Source: a virus
Taxonomy: Duplodnaviria; Caudoviricetes
Virus record (IMG/VR): IMGVR_UViG_3300023048_000001
Location: 96,001 to 160,000 of that record
Direction: 5' to 3' (one strand)
Length of the DNA stretch: 64,000 nucleotides
Shown: in pieces, positions 12,399 through 22,172 of the stretch
Numbering within the stretch: the first letter of the stretch is position 1
How the letters are laid out: the number at the start of each line of letters is the position of its first letter
Translations under genes and position numbers: made by a program
The notes under the pieces: model-generated
Told to the model about the DNA's origin: nothing
Seen by the model: the letters and a program-made list of their open reading frames with translations, nothing else
The model's database searches: none

Positions 12399-13040
12399 TC
12401 AAGCTTTTACAACACTCGCATTGAGCGAAACGGTATCAAAGGTGATCTTGAGCAGGTCACCATGGGCTCCCATCACGTTTGTAACGGCATCAGTGATACG
12501 GTTGAACAGGTTACATATAGCCTGAGGGGTGTGGCCCTTCCAACGTACAAGGGAACGGTCATAGCCTACAGACATCCAATGACAGGCTTGCTCAAAGGCA
12601 AGGATGGCTTTCACCATGTCAGGATGGCTGTTGTTGATCCCGTGACGCTTCTCAAGCCATTCCAGATAGAACGGGAAGGCTTTCATCTGAAAATTGTCCA
12701 GACGGTTGGAGTGACGGGTTTCGCAGGTCTTAATGGTGAAGTTGGTTTCAAAAGAGAACCGAGCCATGTCCCATGCGAGCATCTTGCATGCTGCAACTGA
12801 ACCATGGGCTTTCCACCATCCACCACGAATGCGAATGTGGTAGATCGAACCAAAGGCCTGCATCTCTTGCTCAATGCCTGCATCGTCCGCTTCGAAATGT
12901 TCCAGTACATCGTGGGTGACGCCATAGGCTACGGGCATCGGATCGAACGTGGTTGCTTCCTGTAAGCGCCATCCAGTGGAACGGACGGAATGGTTGATGG
13001 ACTGGTCTATATATTCGAATACGCGAACTGTGTTCGTCAT
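12399..13040 (-). CDS. hypothetical protein with HDxxEH...E metal-binding motif (paralog of 17214-18059)
   Basis: GWRL..FDP..HDVLEH..EMQAFG shared with the paralog. Confidence 0.7.
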   Translation of the reverse strand: MTNTVRVFEYIDQSINHSVRSTGWRLQEATTFDPMPVAYGVTHDVLEHFEADDAGIEQEMQAFGSIYHIRIRGGWWKAHGSVAACKMLAWDMARFSFETNFTIKTCETRHSNRLDNFQMKAFPFYLEWLEKRHGINNSHPDMVKAILAFEQACHWMSVGYDRSLVRWKGHTPQAICNLFNRITDAVTNVMGAHGDLLKITFDTVSLNASVVKA

Positions 13041-13424
13041 TGTTTTTGTCTCCCCACCGAGTGAGACAACTGTATAGATGTCGTCAGTATTAATCAACTG
13101 ACTTTTCACGACACTTTCACGAGTCAGATAGTGACCATTCACGTCACAATATGCCCTAAGCCATTGTGCCCCAACGCATGAGGGCAGGCTTTGCAATATC
13201 CTTAAGAATATGCTAGGCCTGCCCTCTATTCATGCTGGTGTTAAGCTTTCGTTATGTGTTACTGGTAGTGCCCGTCATAGGGATCGCTACGGTTCCATGC
13301 GTTGGCCGGACACTGGCCGTGGTAACGTGAGACAGGGTTATGCCAGAACACATTCCCATCCTCGACGCGTTCCAGAACGTAGGTGGAACCTCTCCACTTG
13401 ACCTCAGTGGGCAGCGGATGCTTG

Positions 13425-13679
13425 TCAGTCGTCATTGCGGTTATCCTTATGGGCATCGGCACGGTAGACGGTAGAACCATAGGACTCACCCACCACTTCC
13501 CAATTGTAACCCACGTCAGGAAGTTTCTTACCCGGACCCGGTGCACAATAGTAGCTGTCACCGATTGCGTAGACTGCAACCGTGTAACGAGTGGACTGGT
13601 AACGGTAGTCACTCATTTCAGCTAGATCATAGCCAATGAGGAAGGCGATCCGTTCAGCAGCAGTGTGGCGCTTAGCCAT
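13425..13679 (-). CDS. hypothetical protein
   Basis: Promoter and AGGAG SD. Confidence 0.75.
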   Translation of the reverse strand: MAKRHTAAERIAFLIGYDLAEMSDYRYQSTRYTVAVYAIGDSYYCAPGPGKKLPDVGYNWEVVGESYGSTVYRADAHKDNRNDD

Positions 13680-13752
13680 GGTGTCTCCTTAGGTTGATTC
13701 ACTATAACGTAATCGGTTCTATAACGCAATAGTTTTATAATAAAAATACCTC

Positions 13753-13796
13753 TTGTGCTAATTCGATTTCTGTTATAAAATAGGATGGAGGCTGGA
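13753..13796 (+). promoter_or_regulatory. Repeat A copy 9
   Basis: TTGTGC-N17-TAAAAT-AGGATGGAGGCTGGA. Confidence 0.75.
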
Positions 13797-13844
13797 AAGC
13801 TAGCAATTGATTAAAGAAAACCCAGCGCAAGGCCGGGTTTGGTG

Positions 13845-14060
13845 TTAGAACGCCTTGGGAGCTTTCAAGCGTTCACAGAGAGATTCGATCACACCCACGA
13901 GGGCAATAGCCACGTCTTCCGCAGTGGAGTTCCGTACACGTTCCACGCCATTGATCTTGATGACATAGAACGGTTTGGTGAAGTCATGCGGCATACGCTT
14001 GACAACCTCCAATTTGAAATCTTCGGACCTCGATGCCACTACCGTGGATTCGGTATACAT
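13845..14060 (-). CDS. hypothetical protein
   Basis: Promoter, SD and terminator. Confidence 0.75.
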   Translation of the reverse strand: MYTESTVVASRSEDFKLEVVKRMPHDFTKPFYVIKINGVERVRNSTAEDVAIALVGVIESLCERLKAPKAF

Positions 14061-14176
14061 GATGGTTCCCTCTTGTGTGTATTACATTATACAGAAATCC
14101 TAAAAGAATGCAAGCGTACAAATGTACGTATTTCAAATAAAACAAAACCCCATGGATTTCTCCACAGGGTTGTATG

Positions 14177-14253
14177 TGGTGGGTGCACTTGGATTCGAAC
14201 CAAGGATAGCCCGATTATGAGTCGGGGGCTTTAGGCCTCTAAGCTATACACCC
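14177..14253 (-). tRNA. tRNA with CAT anticodon (Ile2/Met type)
   Basis: Cloverleaf GGGTGTA...TGCACCC-A-CCA; anticodon arm CCCGA-CTCATAA-TCGGG. Confidence 0.9.
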
Positions 14254-14260
14254 TTTTTTG

Positions 14261-14614
14261 TTACTTGACTGGAACGGCCTTGACCCGAATGGCATTGTAG
14301 CCTTCGCCATCATCACGTTCGAATCGTTTCCACTTGCGGTCATCTGTCTGGCTAATCTCTTCACTGAGATAGCCACCTATTGGCCGTTCGTCAGATGTCT
14401 CGATGTATCCTAGAACGGGTTCGCCTTCGTCTTCAGCATCCTTGTAGGAATTGCTGACAGCATCACCATCCTTTGCCGTGGTGAATTCGTAATTGAACGG
14501 ATCGGTCCATTCGTCCAGAATCCAGAACAGGCCATTCACGCTTGATGCGACTGCGATGCCGATTTCCGGGACTTCAGCATCAGCGAGACGATACACGTAA
14601 GCTTTCAGAGCCAT
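14261..14614 (-). CDS. hypothetical protein
   Basis: ORF with AAGGA SD. Confidence 0.75.
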   Translation of the reverse strand: MALKAYVYRLADAEVPEIGIAVASSVNGLFWILDEWTDPFNYEFTTAKDGDAVSNSYKDAEDEGEPVLGYIETSDERPIGGYLSEEISQTDDRKWKRFERDDGEGYNAIRVKAVPVK

Positions 14615-14685
14615 CTGGTTTCCTTAAGTTAAAAAACGATGATACGCCATGGTCGATTACTCGTTATCACATTGTATCATCAAAC

Positions 14686-14838
14686 AGGCGGAGATAGAGG
14701 GAGTCGAACCCCCAAAACAATGCTTCATCTATTAGGCATGTACTTAGCCATTTTATCACTGGTTGTCTGCGCAAACTTCCAGAGGATTACACATTGCACT
14801 GACACGCATGTCAGCAGCTACCAATTGCTTTTATCTCC
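14686..14838 (-). ncRNA. tRNA-like RNA (153 nt) with Ser-like acceptor and giant variable region
   Basis: GGAGATA/TATCTCC acceptor, G73, D-arm AGC-AATTGGTA-GCT, T-arm GGGGG-TTCGACT-CCCTC; no 7-nt anticodon loop. Confidence 0.7.
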
Positions 14839-14909
14839 ATAAAACTAAGTTCAGGGAATCGAACACCTGAAGTACGTGACACTGTACTCAGCAGCCATGC
14901 TAACAAAGA

Positions 14910-14985
14910 TGGTGGGTTGTGCGGGATTCGAACCCGCGACCACGGGATTAAAAGTCCCATGCTCTACCAACTGAGCTAACAACCC
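14910..14985 (-). tRNA. tRNA-Lys(TTT)
   Basis: Canonical 76-nt cloverleaf with CCA. Confidence 0.95.
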
Positions 14986-15259
14986 GAAACTATTACTACA
15001 CTAATCGCGGTAGCAGCGGGACATTCTTTCCTGTCCTAAGTCAAATGGATTCTCACCATTATAGTCAGTTTTAACTCAACTGGCAAACTTTTTTATATTA
15101 TTCGGTTTCGTAATCAACGGTCGGGTACCGTAGGTGTAGTCGCCATCACCCCAATCTATCAATTACCACTAGCTCTAAGACTACTTTTCCGGCCCAGCGA
15201 TCCACCGAAAGTTTGCTGGGTGAATTACATTATACAGATTTGGAGTAGGTTGTCAACAC

Positions 15260-15454
15260 TTACCAGAAGAACAAACCCATCACGACGCCCAGCGGTGCAA
15301 CAACGATGCCGATGGCACGCAGAGCCAGTTCACCACCGATATCCGACAGTTGAGCCAGTGCAATGATACCCGTGATTGCCTTGACGGCGTTGATCCCCCA
15401 ACCAAGCGCGGCGACGATCCAGAGGATGAAGTAGAGAATTCCGATTTTGAACAT
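15260..15454 (-). CDS. small membrane protein
   Basis: Two hydrophobic segments; own promoter. Confidence 0.75.
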   Translation of the reverse strand: MFKIGILYFILWIVAALGWGINAVKAITGIIALAQLSDIGGELALRAIGIVVAPLGVVMGLFFW

Positions 15455-15514
15455 GTTGGTGAATCCTTGTTGGTATAATGCAATTATACAGACTTTAAAA
15501 CAGGTTGTAAAGCT

Positions 15515-16399
15515 TTACATCTTGCCATAGTTACTCGTTTTGAACTTGTCGCGAAGCTCAATAATCTCCACATAACGACTGTATCGACGCCACGGCAGTT
15601 TCAACATACGAATGAGATTTTCGAAATTCCTGTTATGGTCTTTCACCTTGCGGGAATTGACTTCGTTACTGGAAATCAGGTCACGGCGAGCTACCGGATT
15701 CTTAATAGCATGTTCCACAAAACTCTGTGCGAATGCCATATGTTCTTCCTGCATTTCCCATGTCTGAGCAATGTCAAACATGCGGAATTCCACTGTCTCA
15801 TAGCAACGGCGATAAGCAATGGGACCAGCCTTCATGCTTTCAGCCTGCGACGATGTATATACGTCACTGGATTTTTGTCGGGTGTTTAGTAGCCCATGAT
15901 ACGAGTCAGATGGGCTACAGAATGCAAACATGGCTTCAGGATGATTGAGCATCAGTTGGCGAACCTTCTGCGCTTCGGATGAATCCTTGATGCCGATGTG
16001 TACGTGACCACCACTGCCGCACTGTTCTTCCACCCAGCGGATAAGGCCTAGGTCTTCACAGAGGCCATCGACCTTGTGATAGAACTCGTTGAGCTGATCC
16101 CAGCCAGTCAGGATAGCACTGGACACTTCCACACATCCGGGATCATACCCGAAGGCATTGAGAATATGCATGTTGTCCCGTTCGAACTTAGGCAGTAAAG
16201 CTTCCCGCACGGCTTCGTAGTGAGCTTCAGCAGGCTCACGAAACTGCGAAATAATGTAACGCCTGTTATCGTACTTGTCATGCGGAAAATACTTGTCCGC
16301 AGTTGCCTTGATATGCGGTGGCACCGTTTCGTCAAATTCCCACGGACGCAGACGGGTAAGCTCAACGCCAGCGGTGCGGTGCCATTCGATATTCTTCAC
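15515..16399 (-). CDS. putative amidoligase (COOH-NH2 ligase family)
   Basis: GVEL, CGSGGHVHIG and TVEFRMF motifs. Confidence 0.7.
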   Translation of the reverse strand: MKNIEWHRTAGVELTRLRPWEFDETVPPHIKATADKYFPHDKYDNRRYIISQFREPAEAHYEAVREALLPKFERDNMHILNAFGYDPGCVEVSSAILTGWDQLNEFYHKVDGLCEDLGLIRWVEEQCGSGGHVHIGIKDSSEAQKVRQLMLNHPEAMFAFCSPSDSYHGLLNTRQKSSDVYTSSQAESMKAGPIAYRRCYETVEFRMFDIAQTWEMQEEHMAFAQSFVEHAIKNPVARRDLISSNEVNSRKVKDHNRNFENLIRMLKLPWRRYSRYVEIIELRDKFKTSNYGKM

Positions 16400-16520
16400 G
16401 GGAAGTTACCTGTTTGTTGATGATTTACATTATACAGAAACGAGAATTGGTGTCAACACTTTTCTATAAAAGAAAAGCCCTCACTAGGAGGGCTTTCGTT
16501 TGTTCAGCCGATGATTCGAC

Positions 16521-16739
16521 TTAGAGCGTGATGTGACGCATCTGGCCGTTCGGACCTTCGACAACCACGAAATTCTTGCCGTCCTTTTCCTTGACCACTG
16601 CCGGGACGCCGTACTTGATGGCATTTGCCATGCTGGTGTAATTCTTCGCGGCGGACACGTCGAGCGGACTACGGCCGGTCATGCGATTGGTGTCATTGAA
16701 ACGGGCAGCGGACAGGATGCGGAAGTTGGCGGTGGACAT
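16521..16739 (-). CDS. hypothetical protein
   Basis: Promoter, SD and terminator. Confidence 0.75.
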   Translation of the reverse strand: MSTANFRILSAARFNDTNRMTGRSPLDVSAAKNYTSMANAIKYGVPAVVKEKDGKNFVVVEGPNGQMRHITL

Positions 16740-16815
16740 GTGGTGTGTTCCTTGTTGGTTGGTGTGTAAGTAATTCTAAAAGAATTGAACTAGGCTGTCA
16801 ACACTTTTCTTGAAA

Positions 16816-17166
16816 TTAATTTAGAGCTTTCACCAGCAGGTGCAGACTCTTGAGATACGTGACGGCATCGCCTTCACTGTATGCATGGACCAGATCGTTA
16901 CGTTTAGTAACGTTATCCTCGGTGACGATGCCACGGACCTTGCAGGCCGTCCAATCGATTTCGATAACACGCTTGCGCCAGCCGATGGTGATGATACCGA
17001 AGTCAGTCACCGCAGCGAACCACGGGCTTTCAACTAGATCGGTGTAATAGCGCGGATCACGAGGCCAATACTGGTTGATCATTTCGAACATGTGACTGAC
17101 CTTGATGTCAGCCAGCATGAACAGTGCAGCAGCTTTGTGATGGTCAAACGGACGCAGTGCTGGCAT
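16816..17166 (-). CDS. hypothetical phage protein
   Basis: ORF with AGGAG SD. Confidence 0.75.
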   Translation of the reverse strand: MPALRPFDHHKAAALFMLADIKVSHMFEMINQYWPRDPRYYTDLVESPWFAAVTDFGIITIGWRKRVIEIDWTACKVRGIVTEDNVTKRNDLVHAYSEGDAVTYLKSLHLLVKALN

Positions 17167-17213
17167 GTGTTGCTCCTGAATATGTTTATAGCTTACTGAA
17201 TTCTTTTAAGATG

Positions 17214-18059
17214 TCAAGCAACTTGTGCAAGCATTTCCACTTTCAAAGGGACGAAGTTAACCGTTTCGTCAAGCATATCGAATTCGCTGGGGTAGATGGG
17301 ATTGCGACCGATGCGCATGGTGCGGACACGACCATCCGCGTCACCGTAATAGTTGTCAACCTTGGCAACGGTAGAGGTAATGATAGCTTCCAGCTTGTCC
17401 GTATCAAACGTGATGGACAGTGTGTCACCAAAGTCAACATGACGACTATGGCTCTTAATGGCGATCATATTCATTTCCATGAACTGGATAAGGTCACTAT
17501 TGGAATGCTTGCCATAACGAGCCTGCGCACGATTCCAGCCACGGAATGACCAGATAAGTGCAGACTGAATAGCACCCATCTTCTTTTCGAATTCTTCCTG
17601 CTTACTCACGTCGAACGTCCACGTATCGGTACGCCAGTCATGCTTGGACAGGGCACGACGAATGGTCGTATAGCAATACCTATGGAAGTCACGCACCAGT
17701 GCACGCAGGATAGGATCATCCGGGAGTGGTTCATCGCACGGCTCGACCTTCCATTCACGTTGTTCAAGAAAGTTGTAGAAATCCGTATAGATGGTTTCCA
17801 GCATGTAATCACGGGAATGGTACTGATTCCACATACGCTTACCACAGCGAAACAGGAATGCGGCTCCAAAGGCCATCATTTCATCTTCAATGCTGTCCTT
17901 GTCATCTTCATGATGTTCGTACACATCATGGCACACCACATGCGGAGAATGGCACGGATCGAAGTGCGGACGATTCTCTATGCGCCAGCCACCGCTAGGA
18001 CCAAAGAAATGACCATTGGTGATTTCAGCATAAACAAACTTGCGGGTCTGGATCGTCAT
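17214..18059 (-). CDS. hypothetical protein with HDxxEH...E motif (paralog of 12399-13040)
   Basis: GWRI..FDP..HDVYEH..EMMAFG. Confidence 0.7.
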   Translation of the reverse strand: MTIQTRKFVYAEITNGHFFGPSGGWRIENRPHFDPCHSPHVVCHDVYEHHEDDKDSIEDEMMAFGAAFLFRCGKRMWNQYHSRDYMLETIYTDFYNFLEQREWKVEPCDEPLPDDPILRALVRDFHRYCYTTIRRALSKHDWRTDTWTFDVSKQEEFEKKMGAIQSALIWSFRGWNRAQARYGKHSNSDLIQFMEMNMIAIKSHSRHVDFGDTLSITFDTDKLEAIITSTVAKVDNYYGDADGRVRTMRIGRNPIYPSEFDMLDETVNFVPLKVEMLAQVA

Positions 18060-18164
18060 AGGATTCATTCCTGTGGTGTGTTGATGGATTTAATTATACA
18101 CACCACCATCACTGATGCAAGTCCTTTTAAGAATGAAATTGAGGTTTTATTTTACACAAACGTA

Positions 18165-18220
18165 TTGACTGATTTCGATTTCTATTATAAAATAGGATGG
18201 AGGCTGGAAGACTAGCCTCC
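18165..18220 (+). promoter_or_regulatory. Repeat A copy 10
   Basis: TTGACT-N17-TAAAAT-AGGAT followed by hairpin GGAGGCTGG-AAGA-CTAGCCTCC. Confidence 0.75.
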
Positions 18221-18494
18221 CGAAACTGAACAAATAAAAAGCCCCGACCAACGTGGCCGAGGCTTTGTGTATCATTCAAGTTTGTATCATCTAAGTGTTA
18301 ATCAATTCTCAATATGGTTGTGAGCGGATTACATATAGATACCCTCGTTCATGATTTGATGTTACTGACAATGTTGCGTCTGAGGTTACATCTTACGGCA
18401 CCACCAACACTTTGTAAAGCTTTTATTACGTCTTGTTCTTGTGACGCATGTACAGGATGAACGCCACCGTTAGCACGAGCAGAATGACCACGAC

Positions 18495-18860
18495 TTACTC
18501 CTTCAGGTTGGAAACGCCAGTCCACGGAATTACACTGGCATCGGTCAGGTTGAACACGTTACCACGAGCGAAGTTCTTGGCCGGAGCCGACCAGCTTGAC
18601 GCCTTGAGGATGTCACCACGCTTGAAGTAGACACCCTTATCCGACTTGACGGTATTGTCTTCCTTCACGATGAAACCGAAAGCCGAACCCGTCTTCTCGA
18701 CAAGCACACCATTGCGGGTATCCATGGAGACGAGACGCACCAGCTTATCACCTTCAAGATACATGATGCACTTTCCGAAGCCATGCTCATTGCCACCGAA
18801 CTTATTGAAGTCACGGGTGACGAGGGTGTTGATCAGAGGAAGGGTATCTTCGATATTCAA
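18495..18860 (-). CDS. conserved phage hypothetical protein
   Basis: GDILKASSWSAPAK..ARGN motif common in large phages. Confidence 0.7.
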   Translation of the reverse strand: MNIEDTLPLINTLVTRDFNKFGGNEHGFGKCIMYLEGDKLVRLVSMDTRNGVLVEKTGSAFGFIVKEDNTVKSDKGVYFKRGDILKASSWSAPAKNFARGNVFNLTDASVIPWTGVSNLKE

Positions 18861-19342
18861 TGTGGTGTATCCCTTGAGTTGATGGAAGAATTATATAACG
18901 TAATTCAGATGGTGTCAACATGTTTCGGCATATTTCTACATGCTTCTAGTGCTTCTACCATCTGACGCAAAATATGGGCTACCTGTGTACCAGTGTACTC
19001 GTTTTTACCACTCTCAATCGACTGTGCAATGGTTTCAACATTGACAGCCCTTCCACCTTCACGAATGATCATAATGATTCCTCTATGTGAAGGTAGTGTA
19101 TGCAATCTCACATCTTTAAAACAAGATGCGGTGCAACAATCATTAGTGGGAACGGATGTAAGGAATAGCCACAATGCCCACTACAACGATGATGTACAGG
19201 ACAGCGCTAAAGAAGTTCGAAAGTGACATGAGTCTATCTCCGTGGTGTGGAATCATTATATTTAAGATGATCCAGCATGTCAACACTTTGAGCATAAAAA
19301 AAGCCCCCAATGTGGGGGCTTTTGAGTATTACATGACTTGGA

Positions 19343-19729
19343 TCAGGCCAGCGAGGCGGACACCGAACGCGTGAACTTGAGGGCATCATTCGAATGAAGC
19401 TCGATGATATTCGCGGCCTTGCCACGGCTACCCGGATTCGCCTTGAGTTCACCGACCTTCTTGACGATGCCGTATTTGAGCATCATGGAAAGGTGCGGAC
19501 CTTCCAGCGGGACGCCATTGAGCAGGACACCGGCGATCAGTTCACCCGTGGTACCGCTGATGACTTCATTCTGCGCCGTGGCGGCAGCAGCCTTGGGAGC
19601 CTTCGGTGCGGACTTCTTGGCAGCAGGTGCAGCAGCTTTCTTCTCGACGGGCTTCTTTGCCGGAGCAGCCTTGACATTCTTGACGGTGGACTTGGGAGCG
19701 GCAGCGGCGGTCTTCGTGGACTTCGACAT
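19343..19729 (-). CDS. putative DNA-binding protein: histone-H1-like N-terminal tail plus winged-helix-like domain
   Basis: AAPAKK repeats; GSRGKAANIIE wing-like motif similar to 11690-12145. Confidence 0.6.
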   Translation of the reverse strand: MSKSTKTAAAAPKSTVKNVKAAPAKKPVEKKAAAPAAKKSAPKAPKAAAATAQNEVISGTTGELIAGVLLNGVPLEGPHLSMMLKYGIVKKVGELKANPGSRGKAANIIELHSNDALKFTRSVSASLA

Positions 19730-19839
19730 GGTGTGATCCTCAGGTTTGTTGTTGGTGGACTGGTTTGCTTCCCAGTGATTAAAAGTATACTCCACTCTAA
19801 AAGATTGTCAACACTTTTTTAGAATGGAATGAACTTTTT

Positions 19840-20553
19840 TTACAACCCCTTGAATTCTTTGGGCATAAGCTTGACATTGCCAATGCTCAGGGATTCAAAG
19901 TTATTCTCATTGAACGCTAAGTTCTTGATTTGCGTGGTCTTTGGTAGCTTTTCCTTGATGGCATTGCTGATGATGACAGGAATACCACTGTTTACAGGCT
20001 TGACTTGAGCCGCTTCGATCACGTTACGGGATACTTCAATGATGTTGAGCATGATAGAGCCAACCATGGGCAGACCCGTTTCCTTATCTAGTACAGGATA
20101 GCTCTGCTTGTCATCCTTGTTGACTTCGGTAACAAAATTGATCTTGACACCGTTGGTCAGTGTGAGGTAGTTACGATCATTGCTGGCACGACGATTGTCG
20201 TCACGATCACCATCCAAGGTTTTCTTGAGTGAGGCAATCTCAACCGACTTTCGATCTTCGAAGGCCTTGTTCAGATCAGCCACGCTCAAACCCTTGATCT
20301 TTTCAGATTCTTTGAGGATATCCATGATATCGCCCAACGTGAGGGCTTCGATTGCCTCAATCCTGCGCTCATAGAGCTTCGCAGTAGAGAATCGTGAAAT
20401 GAAGTTGATATCGGCCTTATAGCCGGAACTAGCCACATATCCCTTGACAGTAGCGAATCCGCCACCGTTGGAATCCATGAGGCTTTCCAGTGCAGCGGCC
20501 TGACGTGCTGCCGCAATGAACTTTTGACCGTTATTTTCGATGATGACGCGCAT
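19840..20553 (-). CDS. hypothetical protein (237 aa)
   Basis: Long ORF with promoter and SD. Confidence 0.8.
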   Translation of the reverse strand: MRVIIENNGQKFIAAARQAAALESLMDSNGGGFATVKGYVASSGYKADINFISRFSTAKLYERRIEAIEALTLGDIMDILKESEKIKGLSVADLNKAFEDRKSVEIASLKKTLDGDRDDNRRASNDRNYLTLTNGVKINFVTEVNKDDKQSYPVLDKETGLPMVGSIMLNIIEVSRNVIEAAQVKPVNSGIPVIISNAIKEKLPKTTQIKNLAFNENNFESLSIGNVKLMPKEFKGL

Positions 20554-20716
20554 ACGGGTGTTCCTTATTATAGTTTCATTCTAAAGGGAAATGGATCAAG
20601 TGTCAAGAGGTTTGTGTATGAAGGTCATACACGAAAATTTGATTATCTGTTTGGTACCTTATCAACATAGCAAAAAGGGCAGCGGTTTCCCGCCACCCTT
20701 CATACTTGATCGGAGC

Positions 20717-21322
20717 TTAGTTCTTTTCGTGCTTATACTTGCTGTAATACACGTTTGCAGTCTGCAACGGCATACCCAATTCCTTTTCCATGCGCGCCAG
20801 CGTATGGGCACGTACACGACCAGCGTTCACGTCTTCCGTATAGATGGCCTTGCCAAGCTGGTAATTGCTGCCGGACGAAGGGGAACGGGTGGCCTTCGGC
20901 TTGCGCTCGACAGAAGCGATGATTTCACCATCTTCACCGATGACCGGAGTTTCGTCTTCCTCTTCGTCACCTTCAGCCACAATTTCAATGGGACGATACT
21001 TGAGAGCTTCCGGGTAGACATCGCTATCGCTGTTCTGCCATTCCTGCCAGATGATGGCCTCGGCTTTCATCTTTTCGAAATGCTCAGCGCCGAACGTTGC
21101 GTTGAGGTCGAACTTCTGGTCAGCGTGGGTCAGGTGGGTAATGGCACGCTGTAGGGTCAGTACGGACAGGTGATCGTTCCCCAGCACGTCATGGGACACG
21201 TCCGGGAACATACGGCGAAGCTGATTGATGGCAGCAGTGTGTGCAGCGTCCTGCGGGGTGTTGGCGTAGGTGTAGCCTTCGAAGTCGGAATCATTGAGGG
21301 CAAATGCGAGAGCAGAATTCAT
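20717..21322 (-). CDS. hypothetical protein, possible C-terminal helix-turn-helix
   Basis: MEKELGMPLQTANVYYSK pattern after an acidic linker. Confidence 0.65.
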   Translation of the reverse strand: MNSALAFALNDSDFEGYTYANTPQDAAHTAAINQLRRMFPDVSHDVLGNDHLSVLTLQRAITHLTHADQKFDLNATFGAEHFEKMKAEAIIWQEWQNSDSDVYPEALKYRPIEIVAEGDEEEDETPVIGEDGEIIASVERKPKATRSPSSGSNYQLGKAIYTEDVNAGRVRAHTLARMEKELGMPLQTANVYYSKYKHEKN

Positions 21323-21403
21323 TATTATGTAATCCGTTTAGTTATGTGGTGTTGGTGTGAAGAGAACTGTAATGGGCGTGTTACACCCTGTCAACAACTT
21401 TTT

Positions 21404-21898
21404 CTACTTTTCTTCACTTTCGTTAGTAATGGTGTTGGAACACAGATCACGAATCCCGTCAAGCGCCAGCGAATCCCGGAAGTTCGCCAGATTGATGTCA
21501 CGAGCGCATTCATTACAATAGTGGGCACGGGTGCTTCGGTTGAACCAATAGGCTCCCGGAGCCAGACAGGCAGAACGGTTGCACAAGCCACCACGTTCAC
21601 CTTTAACCTTTGAAAGCTGGGTAAGGGTGTTGATGTGTTCGCGTTCGAACTGGCGGTGTTGCTTGTTGATCAGAAATGCATGATCGATCACGCTGGGGAA
21701 GTTGTTAGGGGAGTAGTTATGTTGCGTGAGCCAGTTTTCGATAAGTGCAGAGCACTTTTGATTATTCGTTTCGTAGAACAGTTCAGGCCAAGGTTTGGCA
21801 ATGTACATATTCACGAAACGCTGCCCCATGCGTTGCTTATCGTGTGCTTCTTTGCGGTAGTGATAATCGTAGAACTCGATAAGTAAGCTGATGGTCAT
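21404..21898 (-). CDS. hypothetical protein with C-terminal Cys cluster
   Basis: CNRSAC...YCNEC. Confidence 0.7.
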   Translation of the reverse strand: MTISLLIEFYDYHYRKEAHDKQRMGQRFVNMYIAKPWPELFYETNNQKCSALIENWLTQHNYSPNNFPSVIDHAFLINKQHRQFEREHINTLTQLSKVKGERGGLCNRSACLAPGAYWFNRSTRAHYCNECARDINLANFRDSLALDGIRDLCSNTITNESEEK

Positions 21899-22035
21899 TT
21901 GCCCTATCCCTCGTTTGAGTATGTGAAGAGTGTAAAGGGTGATTCACACATGTCAATAGGCTGTGTAACATTTGTGATGCTCTTTTTCGGTGGGGGTTTT
22001 GTTTCATTGATACCTTCAAAGATTGTGAGGGTAGT

Positions 22036-22085
22036 TCTCCAGCCACAACCTATTTTACCATATGGAACCTGAATGTAGCCTGAAC
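22036..22085 (-). promoter_or_regulatory. Repeat A copy 11 (reverse), PhoP-box-like variant
   Basis: GTTCAG-N5-ATTCAG...TGG-TAAAAT-AGGTTGTGGCTGGAGA. Confidence 0.7.
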
Positions 22086-22172
22086 AATCAATTGAATATA
22101 ATGGTTGACAGGTGGGTTACGTTTTAGTAGTCTGGATGGATGTGATATCGACCAAGGGAGGTCCGAACCTGA

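Noticed and set aside
14847-14905. Extra tRNA between the Ser-like RNA and tRNA-Lys
   Set aside because: A T-arm-like hairpin is present but there is no acceptor stem or CCA; at best a remnant.
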